From contig JBLDXI010000020.1 of assembly GCA_047495785.1 (NCBI GenBank), positions 1,054,001 through 1,118,000 of the forward strand: a stretch of 64,000 nt of DNA, written 5' to 3'. Within the stretch, counting starts at the first letter, position 1. The number at the start of each line of letters is the position of its first letter. The position numbers and the translations under genes were made by a program. This stretch comes from Lepidodermella squamata (taxonomy: Eukaryota; Animalia; Gastrotricha). This document shows positions 1 through 14,024 of this stretch, in pieces. The notes below the pieces were generated by a model that was not told the DNA's origin, did no database searches, and was given only the letters and a program-made list of their open reading frames with translations.

Positions 1-3000
1 TGATCCGATCAGTCGCCGCTCAGACGAAGGCCGCTAACGGAACCGAGTTTTGGCTTGGCTACTACTTCCCAGCGTTAAGCCCACCTCCAGTACCAGGTGG
101 AAATGCAGCTGCGTTTTATGGACCACGTAATAATATTTTCTCAAAGAAATTTGACAGATTTTAGAGGGGCTTTATCACAGTTTTGGATGTACGCGGGAGA
201 ATCGTTGATGTTAGCAAAGTGAAAGTGAATCTCAACAAAAACATCTCCACTAGCCCAACGGTTATGTGCATTGCTTATCGGTTGGGTGCCCACACGCTTC
301 AATTGGACGATTGCAATGCAACAAAGTTCTTCATCTGCGAATATCGACGGTCAGGTTGCTGCATGCGTGGGTCGATTGCAGTAACACGCAGCGATGGATC
401 GCAGTCATGCGTCCGATTGACAGCGACTAATTCATCGCGGCCGAATCCCAATGAATTTCAAGGGTTTCTCCCTGAAAGTAGAGACTCATTCATGGCGGAT
501 CTCATCGGAACCTCAGCGACTGAATTCGTCTACTACGGCCCGACCTTTACCAGCATAAACGGACATTTCTATTGGCCAGATGGTCAGGTGGTTTCATGGG
601 CCTATCCAAGCGCGGCTAACCCGAACGGGTACATTTACATGGTGAACCGAAGTTCGCTGATGTATGGCTGGCTCAATGACACTGTTGGCGCGAGTCCTTC
701 TTCTAACGCTGTAGCAACTGTTTTACCGATGGCATGCACTGTGGTGACATCTGGCTTCCCGTGGTTCAACTGGTTGCAACATGGGTCTTATCTATGGTAC
801 TTTTCGACAGTTATTGGTAACGTGAGCAAGGACCTTGAACCCGCATGCAAAGACCGGGGAGCTCTGCCGATAGTTTTCGACAGCGAGGATGATTACTCGT
901 TTGCGGTTGGTTACAGACAACTGTCTCCAGTTGGTGTTAGACTCAAAATCGATCAAGGTTGAGAACTTAACTAAGAACTGAAGCGCTTTTTAAAGCAGCT
1001 ATTATTGCAGATCGATGTATGGCTGGCTGGCTCGAGATCACTGGGCGTTGTTACCGAGTCGTTAAAAGTCCAAGAAATTGGACAGCCGCTGATCAATACT
1101 GCAGACGGAATTTCGGCGCGAAATTAGCGACGATTCCAACATGGGAACATGTGAGGCTATTTTAATCTAACGGGATATTATATCGTTAGCGACGTTGAAT
1201 AACTCGGATTTAGGTTTGTTTACTTCCCTTTCAAGGTGATAGGTGACAAGTCAAAATTCCTGTTGTTTTTGCATCTTCATTCAAGTTAAAAAGCCGCTTT
1301 TTACTTGTCCCCCGTGACCTTGTAAAGGATGTAAACAAGCATAAATCCGAGTTATTCAACGTTGCTTACGATATGCTCACCTTTGATGCAGAACATGATG
1401 CTCGCTCAACTGTTGCAAATCAGCAGCTTGAATGTGGCGAAGGCCTGGATTGGCGGGAGAAGTCTTGCTGATGGCACTTTGGCATGGTCAACTATGCCCG
1501 CAAAACTATGGTCCGACATCATGGTATAGCGTTACGAATTTTTACCAGAAGTACAGCTATAAGAATGCGTTCTGTTTGCAGTATAAATATGATCCATCGT
1601 TTAATATGGCGGTATTGAATTCGGCAAAAACAGCAGCCAATCAATGCATGTTTACGTTCTCGAATGGCACTTGGCACGTTGAGTCTTGCGAAAGCACGAA
1701 TGCTTTCATATGCGACCACAGGATTCCGAGCAGCACGCCAACTCATCCAGGCAATAGCAGCAATTTATTCTCTTGCTCATTTTTAGCGTTTGTTATTAAC
1801 AGATCCTGGCAGTGGTCCTTTTGCTTGTTCAATAGCTGGGGATGGGGGGTTCGTTTATTTCGGGGGCCGATGTTATGATCGTGAGTCAATTTATCTCACG
1901 CTTCGAGATACTTTGCAACCTGTTTTTTCATAAAGCTTTGTGGGTCAATGGATACAAGCTTTCAGCTTGGCAGCAGTGTTGGCAATTCCCGTGCCATTTG
2001 TCATCGCTAACGTCAGCCCTGGATTTGGTGCTTTTTCAAGGAATTACAGCTGCACTTCGATACTCCTCCTCTACGTTTTATATTGGGCTGGTGGCATATT
2101 CCAGCCTACCCGGGGATTTTGGTAAAAAAGCAGAGAGTTCAAAATGAGATATTTACAAGTGACATGATATTGTTTGCTGCAGGATCCTACCGCTGGATCT
2201 CTTCACCCGGTGAAGAGTATATTAATGTTTCACTAGCTGAGACTGGCCCACAGTATTTCAACGTGAGCGCTGGCCCGGCCTCGACATCGACTCCTGCGGT
2301 CATTGCGAGATCGACTCCGGCGGCGTAATACTCTAACCGTCACAATCTTAAGATTTTTTGCATATTTACATTGTACTAGGGGTTGGTCCACATTAGATCC
2401 GACCACGATTTCAGCTGGTATGAGAACATACTACCCTCTGATTTTGAAATACGCCGCCAAGGGCTGTCCATTCGGCTGGCATCTCTTTGCCTCAAGCTGC
2501 TATCGCGCAACCTTAGCCTATACATCAAGAGGTAGAAATCCGACTGATTGAAACTATCGTTTCCTCAGCAATCATGTTTCTCAGTTACACCACTCAACTT
2601 CTACGCAGCAGTTTACAAATGCCATACTGAAAACCTAAAAACTTGGAACGTCGGAAGTTCTTGGCCGATAAGCATAAACTCAGAGGCTGAAATGTTATTC
2701 GCTCGCTTTTTCCGAGCTGCAATCGCCACTCAAAGTGTCTACCCCGGCGCCACGTGCCTGCCTTCAGTCCCATGCAATGCGACCGCACACAAATGGAGAA
2801 ATTGGCAAAACTGGACGGTTCTTCCAACAAACAATTACATGCCGTCTCTTTTTAAACAACCTTGGGATTATAGTAAGTTAGATCACAGAAAGTACTTCAG
2901 CGAAAGCAACTGATACCTTTCAGCTAACCGACAGTGGCCAATCGATAAAACTACCTTATCGCCTGTTCTGTCGATGGGTTTGTATGTTAACCCATTACGC

Positions 3001-6000
3001 AATTCCAGCGAGAGGTTCCTCGGCATCGGATCAGACGGAATGTTGACTTCCTTCGCTGGCACGTCACCCAGCTATTCGAATTCAATGGGGTCAATAATCT
3101 GTGAAAGCAAACCATTTGTGCCCTGCAAAGCTGCCTGCCCCGATGACTGGGTTATTGTTGGGGATAGGTGCATCTACGCTCCTGGCATGGATAGCATAGG
3201 TAGTTGGCAGTTTGCTCTCGACACTTGCTACAGCTACGGCGGCTACCTCGCCCATATCGAAACCGCGGAAGAGAATGACCTGTACAACAGAATTTTTTAC
3301 GACACCAGCGTCTTCGGCAATTTATGGATTAGCATGATTACGAGAATGTACCGATGTCCTGACAAATACTTCTATCACGGCCTGCTGAAAAAATGCTACA
3401 GGATCAACATGCTGCTATCTGGTTCCATGACCTACAACCTAGCCTGGTCGAGTTGTGCGGCTGAAGGTGGGGGGTATCTGCCGATCCCGCAAAGTGATTC
3501 AGAAAATTATTTCCTGCGGAGATTTATGGCGAATTATTTCGTCCGTCGAACTTTGCCGATAGGCTTGTATACCAGTCTAAGCGGTCAAAATTTCGATTTA
3601 AAAAGTAATGTATATCCCAAATATTTATAAATAGTGACTCTAACTTATCGCTCGAATGGATAGGCCCAACCGCAGCTAACATCATGAGGTGGGCTAACGG
3701 TATGCCTTTTAATCCTGACACATACAGCACAAACTGGGCAAGCTCTTCTTCGGCAATGCCCGTTTACACCGCAATGAACACTTCCGAATGCACTAACTGC
3801 TCGGCTTGGACAACATTCACCCTTGGTGGTGGAGCGTTTCCTGGCGCTATCTGTGAAGCGGAGCCTATCATCGAGCCCAATAGAGGTTCTTGGATCAGCG
3901 CTCTTTCAAAATGTAGCCTCCAATATACTTTTACTAGTTATTAGAAAGTCCCGTTTTTTCAGACGTCTCATGTCCTGTCGACTATTACCCGATCGATGGC
4001 CGATGCTTCAGGCTCCACGCCACTCGGGCGAATGCAACAATGCTCCCCGGCATATGTAGCCCAAACCCTTCGCTTGCTGGATCTAGTAATCCTGGCGGAA
4101 ATACCAATCTAAACACCAACACAGTCACTCTCAACCAAACGAACTGGGCGCGAATCGATACAATGGAACAAGCTTTGTTCTTCCAACACATGTTAGCAGC
4201 TGGCGGCTTTGTCCAATCCCAGTCCGCGCTAGATTCTAACCATATTTACGGATTTTATACTCAGCTAAGACTGAGAGAGAATGTGACAGCTTGGCCTATA
4301 AATTCTGTCTTAGTTAAGGAGGTTAATTCTACAAGCAACACCCTACACAGGCAAATCAACCTGCCTGCTTGTAAGATGCAAAGGAAAATGAAAAATTGGA
4401 GCCTTGCTTATTTATTTTCATAAACATTTTAGCGAATTACTATTGGTACGAAGATGGGTCTTCGCCAGCTGTCGACTCCTTCATTGGCCGGATAATCGCA
4501 AATAAAAGTGTGTGTGATTTGTGCGGCTTCTCGGCACCCGTGGGTAATTACTACGGCCTGATTCAGCCCAGGCAATTGACCGGAACTTGGATGATGTGGC
4601 TGGTAAGTGACACTGTGGATTGTCTTGGCAGTCTTGTCAATGGGACACGCATACCATTCCAATGGCTCAATCAAACTATTCTCTGTTCAACGCCTGGATC
4701 TCCTGTTGCCGATAGTTTGTTGAAAATGAAACAAGAACATCTTATCAAGCACCTTTTGTTTCATAGTTCAATCTCTGATGACTAGACCAACCTGGTTTTA
4801 CACGGATGAAGATGTCACTCAGCCTAGGGTTTATTCTAATCTTAGCACAAAGATTAGCCCTACGCCTGGCCTCTGCTATGCTTTCCAAACTGGAACCGGC
4901 CAGTGGGTTCCCGATAACTGCACTACGGCGGGATACTTCATATGCGAACGCCCTCTGAACCCAGGTTGCCAGCGCGTTGATTCAATCTCACCATTGAAGC
5001 CTTCCAACTGTTCTGCGGCACCTTTATATTTCAACGGATACGAAATTTACAACGCCAACAAAGCGAGTTGGAATTCGACAAGCCCTGGGCTTAATTACAG
5101 CGGTAAGAGAACCTGCTTGCAAAATTCCTTGTACAATGATCTTTCTCGAAAGTTGGCACGTCTGTAACAATAAGGTGCCCCAGTAACTTCAGGTTTGAAG
5201 ACTTTGCGGCTAACAAAACTATAGCATGCTGGAACTCAACCGGCTGGGACGACCTGCCACAATGTGTTGAAAGTAGGGATAAATACACCACGATGTATGA
5301 CGCAGTAAATTGAGAGCTGCAATTTTTCAGATATGTGCACTGTTTTGACTGAGGAAAATATGATCGAATTCGAATCTTGTGATAACTGGGCCCGATTCGC
5401 TTGCAAGGTAGACATCGCCTCGGCCAATCGTCGAGTGCTGAACTATACCATAGCGCCAAAACCTGCTCAATATGGTATGAGTTGTATTCCTATTGCCTTA
5501 GTTTCCGCTCAAAAAGACTAAAATGCACAGTCCCGAATTGCCCTGTTCCAAGTTTACCTCTTCAATCAACCTTGAAAATGGTTTTCAACTGCGATCAGCT
5601 GACTTACCCAATTGGGAGTAGAGGCAGAACGACGTGCGAAAACGCAACCTTAGTTTTCTTGCAAAGCGGGCTAAGTGAGAATCAGCTAACTTGTGACTCA
5701 GATTCCTCTTGGTCAGGCCTTGACCGCTGCGTTGATGGGTGCCTGCTCGGTTCGATGGCCAACACGTTGAGATGCGGAAATTCGTCCATCGAATTCGCTG
5801 GCAGTTGTTTTGTATACGGCTTGACAGATGGTCAAATGTTTGAAACAAGTTCCTTCACCTTAGCAATGAGCAATGAGGAAAACGGCATAATGTTGGCTGA
5901 ATTAGAGGATTTGGATGCGTTGGGTCAAGTAGCAGATGCGATTGAGTTTTCGACTGGAGGGCAGCGTGGCTTTTTCTGGGTCGGCGCAACTTACGATATA

Positions 6001-9000
6001 GATCTCGAGGATTTTGTTTGGCAAAGCACCGGTGACTTGGTTGATTCGTCATTATGGATCAGATCGATTCCTGATTCGCTATTTTCCAGCCAATTTTGCC
6101 CGATACTAGATATATCAAAAGATTATCCTGGCCTCGACCTTGTTGATTGTTCGAAATTCTCAGCTACTCCTCTTTATCAATTTAAAATCCCCAGCGTCAA
6201 CTGTAAATTACTTTGGATTTGTTTATTTTAAATTTAATACTAGCCATGTTTACAGCTATTTTCCCTAAAGTCGACAACTTGAGGGCGTATTGGCCATTCG
6301 CAGGTGAAGACCCGATTTCAGACCGAGGGCCGTATTCTCTGTCCTTTAATGTTACAACGAAGAACGTTTCGCGGTCTTATCGAAATGACACCCTGGAATG
6401 GTTCAATCTGACGAGTGGATTGACAGTTGCATTTGTTGCGAACACAGCCTATTCTAGCACGGCAAGTCCTGCTAAACTGACGATCGGAGTTAATCAAACG
6501 TTGACGGTCACACTGAACTCGCGGTCGGTTGAGTTTTCACTTCGGAGGAACTCCTGGTTCGACTCCCAGGCTGTAACTGCTAACTTTTCATGCTGCCCAC
6601 CGATAGCATTTACGCTAGATTGGGCAACCATGACTGGCAAAATATACATAAACTCAGCTGTAAATAACTTTTCAGTTTTCGAAGCAGCTCTAATGCCAAC
6701 ACGCCTAACTGGTCCGATTGAAATAATACAAAACAACTTGAATCCAGTTGGGAATCAAATGAATTGTATGGCAATATATGATACCACTCTAGGGGACCTT
6801 GACGTCAAAAAGCTGCTGATACCTTGCGTCGAATACTCTCGAAGTTGCTTTCTATCTCTTGCATGATGTTCGATTTCAAAGTTTCTAACTAGATCGAAGC
6901 ATTGCGTATGGTTTCAACGGTACGTGTGGAAATGGTGTGGTCGAGATAGATGAAACTTGCGATGATGGAAATTCGGTGTCATTGGATGGATGTAGCGATA
7001 TGTGCCAAATAGAAGGTAATTAGCCATAGCTTATTGGATTGCCCGAAAGATGAATATTGTGCCTAAAGAGATTGACTGCTGCCCAACTGGATTTATGCTG
7101 TGGCGTGGAAACTGTTATTACTCGGCGGGTCCAGAGTAAGACTTCAATGAATGATCAATGTTCAAGCAAACTTTCATTTTGTACGCCACTAAAGACTGGT
7201 AAACTCTTCGAACATTTCTGCGATTTGTGCCGATATTCAGCCCTATCCTGCCTCGCCTTTACATCTTGATTCGGTTGATGAAATGGCAGAGCTCAACAGT
7301 GTGATATACCCTATTAGAACCTCTACTCAGTTCTCAACATCGCTCATGCAAATCTATTCAAGTACCATGAAAACAAAATGTTTCGCCGTAACAACTCATC
7401 TTTTGTTGCCCTTGGATATTGGCGGCAAATATGCCAGCGATTTGATCGGATTTTGGGTTTATTCAGAAGCTCGATACCACCAGCCAGATGTTAGTGGCAA
7501 TGAACTTCACGGGTTTTTTGTTGGCGAGCCGCAAATGAGCAACGTGCCCTGGTCACTAACAGCTCGGGTCGCAACATTCAATGCGTATAGTGAGTGAGTT
7601 TTGAAAGAGTCTTTCCTCTTTAAGACCCTTTTGTTGCAGCTTACCATGATTTGAGCAATTTTCACGACACCAGAAACTTTAAATGTCCGATGACTTTCAT
7701 GATCTATGGGAAGTTCGGAGTCCTCTCAGAGTACCAGTCCAGATTCTATCTGCCGGATTCGCCTTGCTTTTTTGACATTGCCTTCAAGACAATTTCGGCT
7801 TCAAATTACGAAGTTGGGCACCAGGCGTGCTACGATTATACGACGAATAAAATTTCCTGGCAAAATACTGGTAATCGCAGTGGAAATGCACTATTCAATT
7901 ACCGAGCTGTCACGCCGACTAGCTCGTCATTCAATTACACACCTACATATGGGAAAACTCTAAACTCAACGGTTATGAATAGGTGGACAACAGTAGTGAT
8001 TTCCTGCCATGAAACGTCGTTGAAAATACGCTTAACCGCGGACAATGAAACTTGGCAAACAAAGAGTATCGTAAATAACATGTCCTCGTCTTTTGCTCTA
8101 CGTATTGGTCGCGGTATCAACGGCCCCGTGGCTTGCGCTGCGTTATATTCTCGTTTTTCCGATCCGGATACGGGCTCGTGGATGAATGAATTTACAAAAA
8201 CTTGCGAGCAATCGGTATCTGCAACAGGCGATAAAGGCTGCGGTAATGGCATTCTCGATGATTTTGAGGAGTGCGACGATGGAAACCTAAAAACTGGCGA
8301 CGGTTGCTCTCCATCCTGTCAACTAGAAGGAAATTCCATGCCTAGATTCCCACTCGCTGGTAATCTGTTAGGTCTATGGCCGCTTACGTCTCAATATGAA
8401 CTCGATGGTAATGATTTTTCGGCTTTGAAAGAATTCATTATTCTATATGGCTCTCTTTCAGATATTGGGTACCAAAGAACTACTGGTGTCGTCTTGTCGG
8501 GACCTCTATCCTATAATTTCACGTCGTTCTATTCAACAATTTGGGACGGGACTCGGCAAACCTTAAATGCTGAAACAGCAATTTTTTCTTCATCAAATAA
8601 GTAAGAGCAGCTTAAAGCCATTATCTGATGATCATACATTCTTCACCTCAGCGTGTCTCTGATTCCAAATGCTGACTGGCCTTGGTACGACGTCTCCTTC
8701 TTTCATACGTTCAGCTTTGGCTGTTTCATACACATCACATATCTGGACAATCAAACGAGGACTTTGTAACCATTTAATTAAAATGCGATTATGGAATTTA
8801 TCATAATCAAACAGATTCTCCGTTTCGGGTGGGCTGGTTACAGCAACCTACAGAGTCGAACTGTACGGCACAACTCAAGCGTCGCTGTTTCTTGAATTTG
8901 CCAATGGAGACAATACCACTGTTCGTGTCAGAATCAATAGAACTGGGGAATGGGACATCATTAAGGCGTGAGAATGTCATTCAAGTCTGTACTAGCTTTC

Positions 9001-12000
9001 GCATCTTTTTTATTCCAGACCTTTCTACGTCATGTATACCCTCAGCAACAATTTTGATGGCAACGGCATCGCCACCGTTTACGACAACATTGGAAACAAG
9101 TTGAACTCGACGGCAATTTCGTATTCGAAAGTGAATGGAGCATTATCGAACGATGTGGCTGACTTTCTGGTCATTGGAAAATTTGGGAAAAATGACGGCC
9201 TGATTGGCTCGGTGTTCTGTTTTTCGCTCTACGACGCGGCCATAACTGCAAACGACATCCCCGCGATAGCTTCATCTTGCCGCAGATATAGCTGTAATTC
9301 TGATCTTTTGTCCGTCATAATTTATAAATAACGGTTGAACTCATAGCTTGTCCAGTCGACTTCATACCTTACAAGCAGTTTTGTTACTATCACGAGAGTG
9401 CTGTCGGAATATCGAGAACCGTGCCCGATCAGTGGCGTTATTGCCGACGACGTGGTTCATCGCTTGCCCTCTTTCGCAGTAGGCAACATCAAGACTGGCT
9501 TATTTCAACCATGCGCCTAGCTCCGAATGCTGATAACATTAAAGGCATTTCAACGGGACTTACTGCAGCGGCTTATAACATCTCCAATGGAAGTAAATTT
9601 ACTGATTTGATTTGCATCATGCCTGGATGCGGATGTTATTTATTTAAACAGCCACCGATTTTACGTATTACTACGGCTTCGAAGGATCTTCGCCTCTTAA
9701 TGCCTCTACGATGTACATGAATTTATTTTCGCCATACGATATAAATCCAGCGGGCCCGAATCCTTATGCCATCGTGTCAAGAAATACATCTTCACTCAGC
9801 AACATCAGAATGAACTTCACTTGGGGCTTTCAAACGTTCAATCACAATTTTTCGTCGAGCAGTTTTTTCTGCGAAACGCCATTTTATGGTATAAAATTGA
9901 AGCCTATTCTCATGAAACCGAATCTAAAGTTATTTTTGAAGCGAAAGCAGTTTGCGGTGATGGAAAGTTACAGTTCGGTGAAAGTTGCGACGGCCCGAAC
10001 GGCGATTGCGACAATAAATGCAGGCTAATCGGTAAAAATCCAAAGACTTTATTCACAGCCTGAATTTCTCCATATTTTTAATTTAGGGCATCCTGATGTC
10101 TACCTGCCGCTATATACCCTCGGCTTTTGGCCGCTGAACAGCATCTATCGTGGTGTTGATATCACCCGCAGTTATGATGCGATCACTAAAAAAGTTCTTG
10201 GAGGTCATTTGAGAACTGCCAGCCCATTTCAAACTGTCTTCAACGTGCCGAAGGCATACTACCTTATTGAAAACTCTGACGGCCTCGGTCGCTTTACGTC
10301 AAAAAATAGCATCGGTTCGAACGAATATAGAACGTTTTCAGTTTCGCTATTCTATCTTATGGACTTCAGGCCCTATACGATTAAGAAAGGCTACTTGCTT
10401 GCTATTGGCAACTACAAAATCGCGTCGTATAATGATTCGCAGGATAGCTCAACGATTGGGCTAGACTACGGTACCAACAAATCAGTGAAGTATAATAAAT
10501 GTCAGAACCAACGAAATATATGGGCGCACCATATGCTCACAATAGACCTGAGGCAGACTCCTGGTATCGTTAGATACTTCATAAATGGCAAAGAATGCGC
10601 GAATGACAGTCTGTCACTTGACGCGCCGTTGCCAAATATTACTCAAGTCTACTTTGGGGCTCTTCGCGGCGTTATCACCTGTGTCTCATTATACAAAACC
10701 ATCCTTAACAAAAAGGACATCGGACCACTGCAAAAAGCTTGCAGAAATACGGCTATTCATCGGAAGAACGGTAAAACGTTTTTTCATTATTCTTCGATTT
10801 CAACTTGTCAAATGTTTCATCAGTTGTTTGGAATGGCTGGTATTGGAGTCTTGCAGGGAATTCAAAGCGCATACCTTACTCTCTGCCGCCAGGTTCTTGG
10901 GTCGGAGAAAGGAATTTCACCACCAATAGCATTAAAACTGCCTGGGCCTATGATATGGCGAACAGCTCGCTAAACAGCTATTCATCTGATCAGACGAGAC
11001 TTATCTGCAAAGTGCCGAACACCTGCCGTAAATCAACTTGCAATGAGCCAATGACATGTCCAAGGCCTCCAGCGCCGTGCGTCATCGATGCAGGATACAA
11101 TAGTCAATTCAGCCTTCAGTTCGGATTGAACGCAACGTTTACTCATTCTTGCCTATCAAACACTAAAATACCAGATCAAGCACTTGGCTTCCAAGTCACT
11201 TCTAGGTGCAACGCTACCGGGGACTGGGATGTCATAAGCTGCCCAGTGGTCAATCAAAAAGTCTACAATATTCCACCGCAACCCTCTTCTTACAACGCGC
11301 CTAATACTAACGTCGACAAATTCCAATGCAAGCCTGGCTTCAGATCCGATGTGAATGCACAAGCGTCTACTTGCTTGGACAGCGGCCAATGGTCACCAAA
11401 ACTCATAAACTGCTCACGTAAACCAAAGTGCATGAAATTGAAAAAAATCGATAATGATATGACATCATAGGTACGCCTTGTCCCCTTTTCGATGCTGATG
11501 CGTACAATGTAACGGCAATGCCTCCTACTGATGATGGAAATGTACCTGAGTTTCCGAATTATATGAGCTCAATCAGCAATCTTTCATGCAGTAAGTCAGG
11601 AAGTCAGGAGTTTCGAATTGTGATATTCAATTATTGTCTATAGTGCCCGGTTTCGAAGTCGTGAATGGTGTCCAAGATTCTTCAACTACTCGTATATGCT
11701 CCTTTGATCCCTCCGCGAATGCAAATGGATGGAAGCCGTCTCCATTCAGCTGCACTAGTAATACTTCTTTGAAATAAGGGAAATTTCAGCCTTAATACTT
11801 TCTCCACAGTTAAAAAGTGCCCCGCGTTGCCAGATGTGGCGAATTCAACCAAAAATGCCAGCAGCACAGCAATCTATCCTTACAGATCTTATGTGACATA
11901 TCGGTGTTTATCCGGAAACGAATTGGCTACCAGTAATTTCTGGCTGGGTTACGAGCAGACCCTACGGTGTAGCTCAGCTGGAGCCTGGGTCCCGGCTTCA

Positions 12001-12790
12001 AGCTCTGAAGTTACTGTAGCAAACCCGACTATCGACTGCTCGCTAAGTGCTTACTACCGCGGATGCTACGCCGTCCACCCTAAAGAGATAACTCTGGCCT
12101 CCAGCATCGAAATTCTGGTGAAAAACGCAGATTTATACCCGATTATAGCTTCGGTCGATGTTGACGTATCTCTCGTGAGACTCGACCCTCTCCGTTTGTG
12201 CCGTGAATTTTGCATGGCTAATATGTCGGCGTATTGCGGCCTGGCTGACAGTTATTGCTTCTGCTTCAAGCTTAAGCCTCAGTCGGCTGTCTCGGTTGAC
12301 GAGTCTACCTGCTCGAGCGATTGTGTTGATACGTCTGGAACTTTCCATCCAGAAGGTAGGCAGTATTGCGGGTCGAGCACGCCCTTAGCTGACGACCGGC
12401 TTATCACGTCGCTTTACATCACGAGTGTGGGCTGCTACAAACCGAACCGGCTTGTTCCTGTTGTGAAAGATGGAGTGTTGCTGAACCTCATGGCGTACAC
12501 CAACGAGAGTCTTCAGCTTTGGCCTTATCAAGCCACAACTTACCTGTTCTGCCCTGAAAATATGGTTTAATTTCAAACAGCCATGACTATTATGTCATTC
12601 ATTTAAAATGCTTTTTCCCAGGTTACGACGGGGCATCAAAATCAATCAAGATTCGTAATTGTTACATGTGGCCTGGCGAGTCGATGGACATTCGATCCAT
12701 TTGAATGCGAAGGTAAACGATTTTAAAAATGTTATGGCATACGCTTACAGCGTGCTTGCTTCAAAAATTTGTTGCCATAGCTAATTTTTA
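1..12790 (+). CDS. Giant multi-exon extracellular mosaic protein, 5'-truncated by the window: many C-type lectin domains, sushi/CCP, LamG/pentraxin-like domains, three Myxococcus-type Cys-rich repeats and a WSC domain
   Basis: Consecutive + strand ORF fragments join in phase across ~50-60 nt introns (e.g. 1523-1581, 1751-1802, 4715-4766). CTLD motifs: [27 protein letters not shown].....FICE. CCP motifs: CKPGF...C...GQW. WSC-like: YRGCY...CREFC...[11 protein letters not shown]...C...C...CG. The 3' end is uncertain (TAA near 12790, or a further exon to ~12990). Confidence 0.85.
1180..1374. mobile_element. ~195-bp MITE-like inverted-repeat element inside intron 1151-1391
   Basis: ATATCGTTAGCGACGTTGAATAACTCGGATTTA... 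is the imperfect reverse complement of ...TAAATCCGAGTTATTCAACGTTGCTTACGATAT over ~75 bp. It explains why this intron is much longer than its neighbours. Confidence 0.75.
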
Positions 12791-13091
12791 ATTTAACGCT
12801 CGCTCAGCACTTGAGTTGTGCTCGGGGATCTGAGTTATGGAGTAAGTGTCAGGGGTTAGGTTGTTATACATTTCGGAACGGATCGATGGCTGTGAAGGTC
12901 AAATACAATATGACGCAGACCGAAAATCAGCTCCACCGGGAATCAACTGGACTCGACTATATCATACTGTATAAGAAACCGAAATAATGAACATGACCAA
13001 GAGATTGCGATTTTTGAACAAGTAAAATAGATGTAAAATGGATTCAGGTGTGATTTTTGTTTTCCCTCTGTGATTGGCTACCAGAAAAAAG

Positions 13092-13805
13092 GCCGTTTGA
13101 TTTTTCTGGAGTAAAACCCTGCTTAGAAAGCACTGTGCCCAGAAAGCAGCCGCTTTCTAAGCAGCTAGTCGTTGCGGCAGTGTGCATGGAAAACACTGCT
13201 TTCTAAGCAAAATGCTTGCCAAGCAGTACAAGTGCTTTCCAAGCACTGCTGTCTAAGCAATGCGCGCTAACACCGCTTTCTATACAAATTTATCTTTTCA
13301 AGTCATCAAATCTGACTTTTTAGGCATTAAATCAGTCAATACCTCTGTCTTTGACCGTTTGCAATCGAAAAAAAATTAAAAGGCAGCAGTTTGAGACCAC
13401 CGCGGTTTATTGATATCATTTCTGCAGCAATTTAAGCTTTGATTTCATTGGCCAACCATTGTCAGTTGCGGAACTGACAATCCTGACAAACACATCGGCG
13501 TATCGGAGACTCAAATTAGAACATCTACATATTTAATTGGACCAATTAGGGATTAGAAGCATGAAAAAGCATGAAAATCCCGATTTAATGACGTAAAAAG
13601 CTAAAAATTTGTATAGAAAGCGATGTTAGCGTGCACTGCTTAGACAGCAGTGCTTGGAAAGCACTTGTAGTGCTTGGCAAGCATTTTGCTTAGAAAGGCA
13701 GTGTTTTCCATGCACACTGCCGTAACGACTAGCTGCTTAGAAAGCGGCTGCTTTCTGGGCACAGTGCTTTCTAAGCAGGGTTTTACTCCAGGAAAATCAA
13801 ACGGC
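13092..13805. mobile_element. Non-autonomous DNA transposon with ~200-bp TIRs and 8-bp TSD (Mutator/foldback-like; superfamily uncertain)
   Basis: 13092-13291 is the near-perfect reverse complement of 13605-13805. Direct repeat GAAAAAAG at 13084-13091 and 13806-13813. Internal repeated motif GCTTTCTAAGCA/TGCTTAGAAAGC. Confidence 0.9.
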
Positions 13806-14024
13806 GAAAAAAGCAGCACGTGAACAGATTCGTATAACTGCATGAATATATAGCAAAATGACATTATGATGCTGGATACTGACTAAATTGCAATGATGAT
13901 GATGATCGAGGAAAGAATCTTATAGACACAGCTATTTGTTTATATTTGACATTTGACGAAGTGCGTTTTAATAATAACAAGGTGAAGAATAAATAAAATA
14001 AAAATAAGAAATCGAGTGTTGTTT

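Noticed and set aside
1392-1600. Apparent frameshift within a C-type lectin exon
   Set aside because: Resolved by the GT-AG intron 1523-1581.
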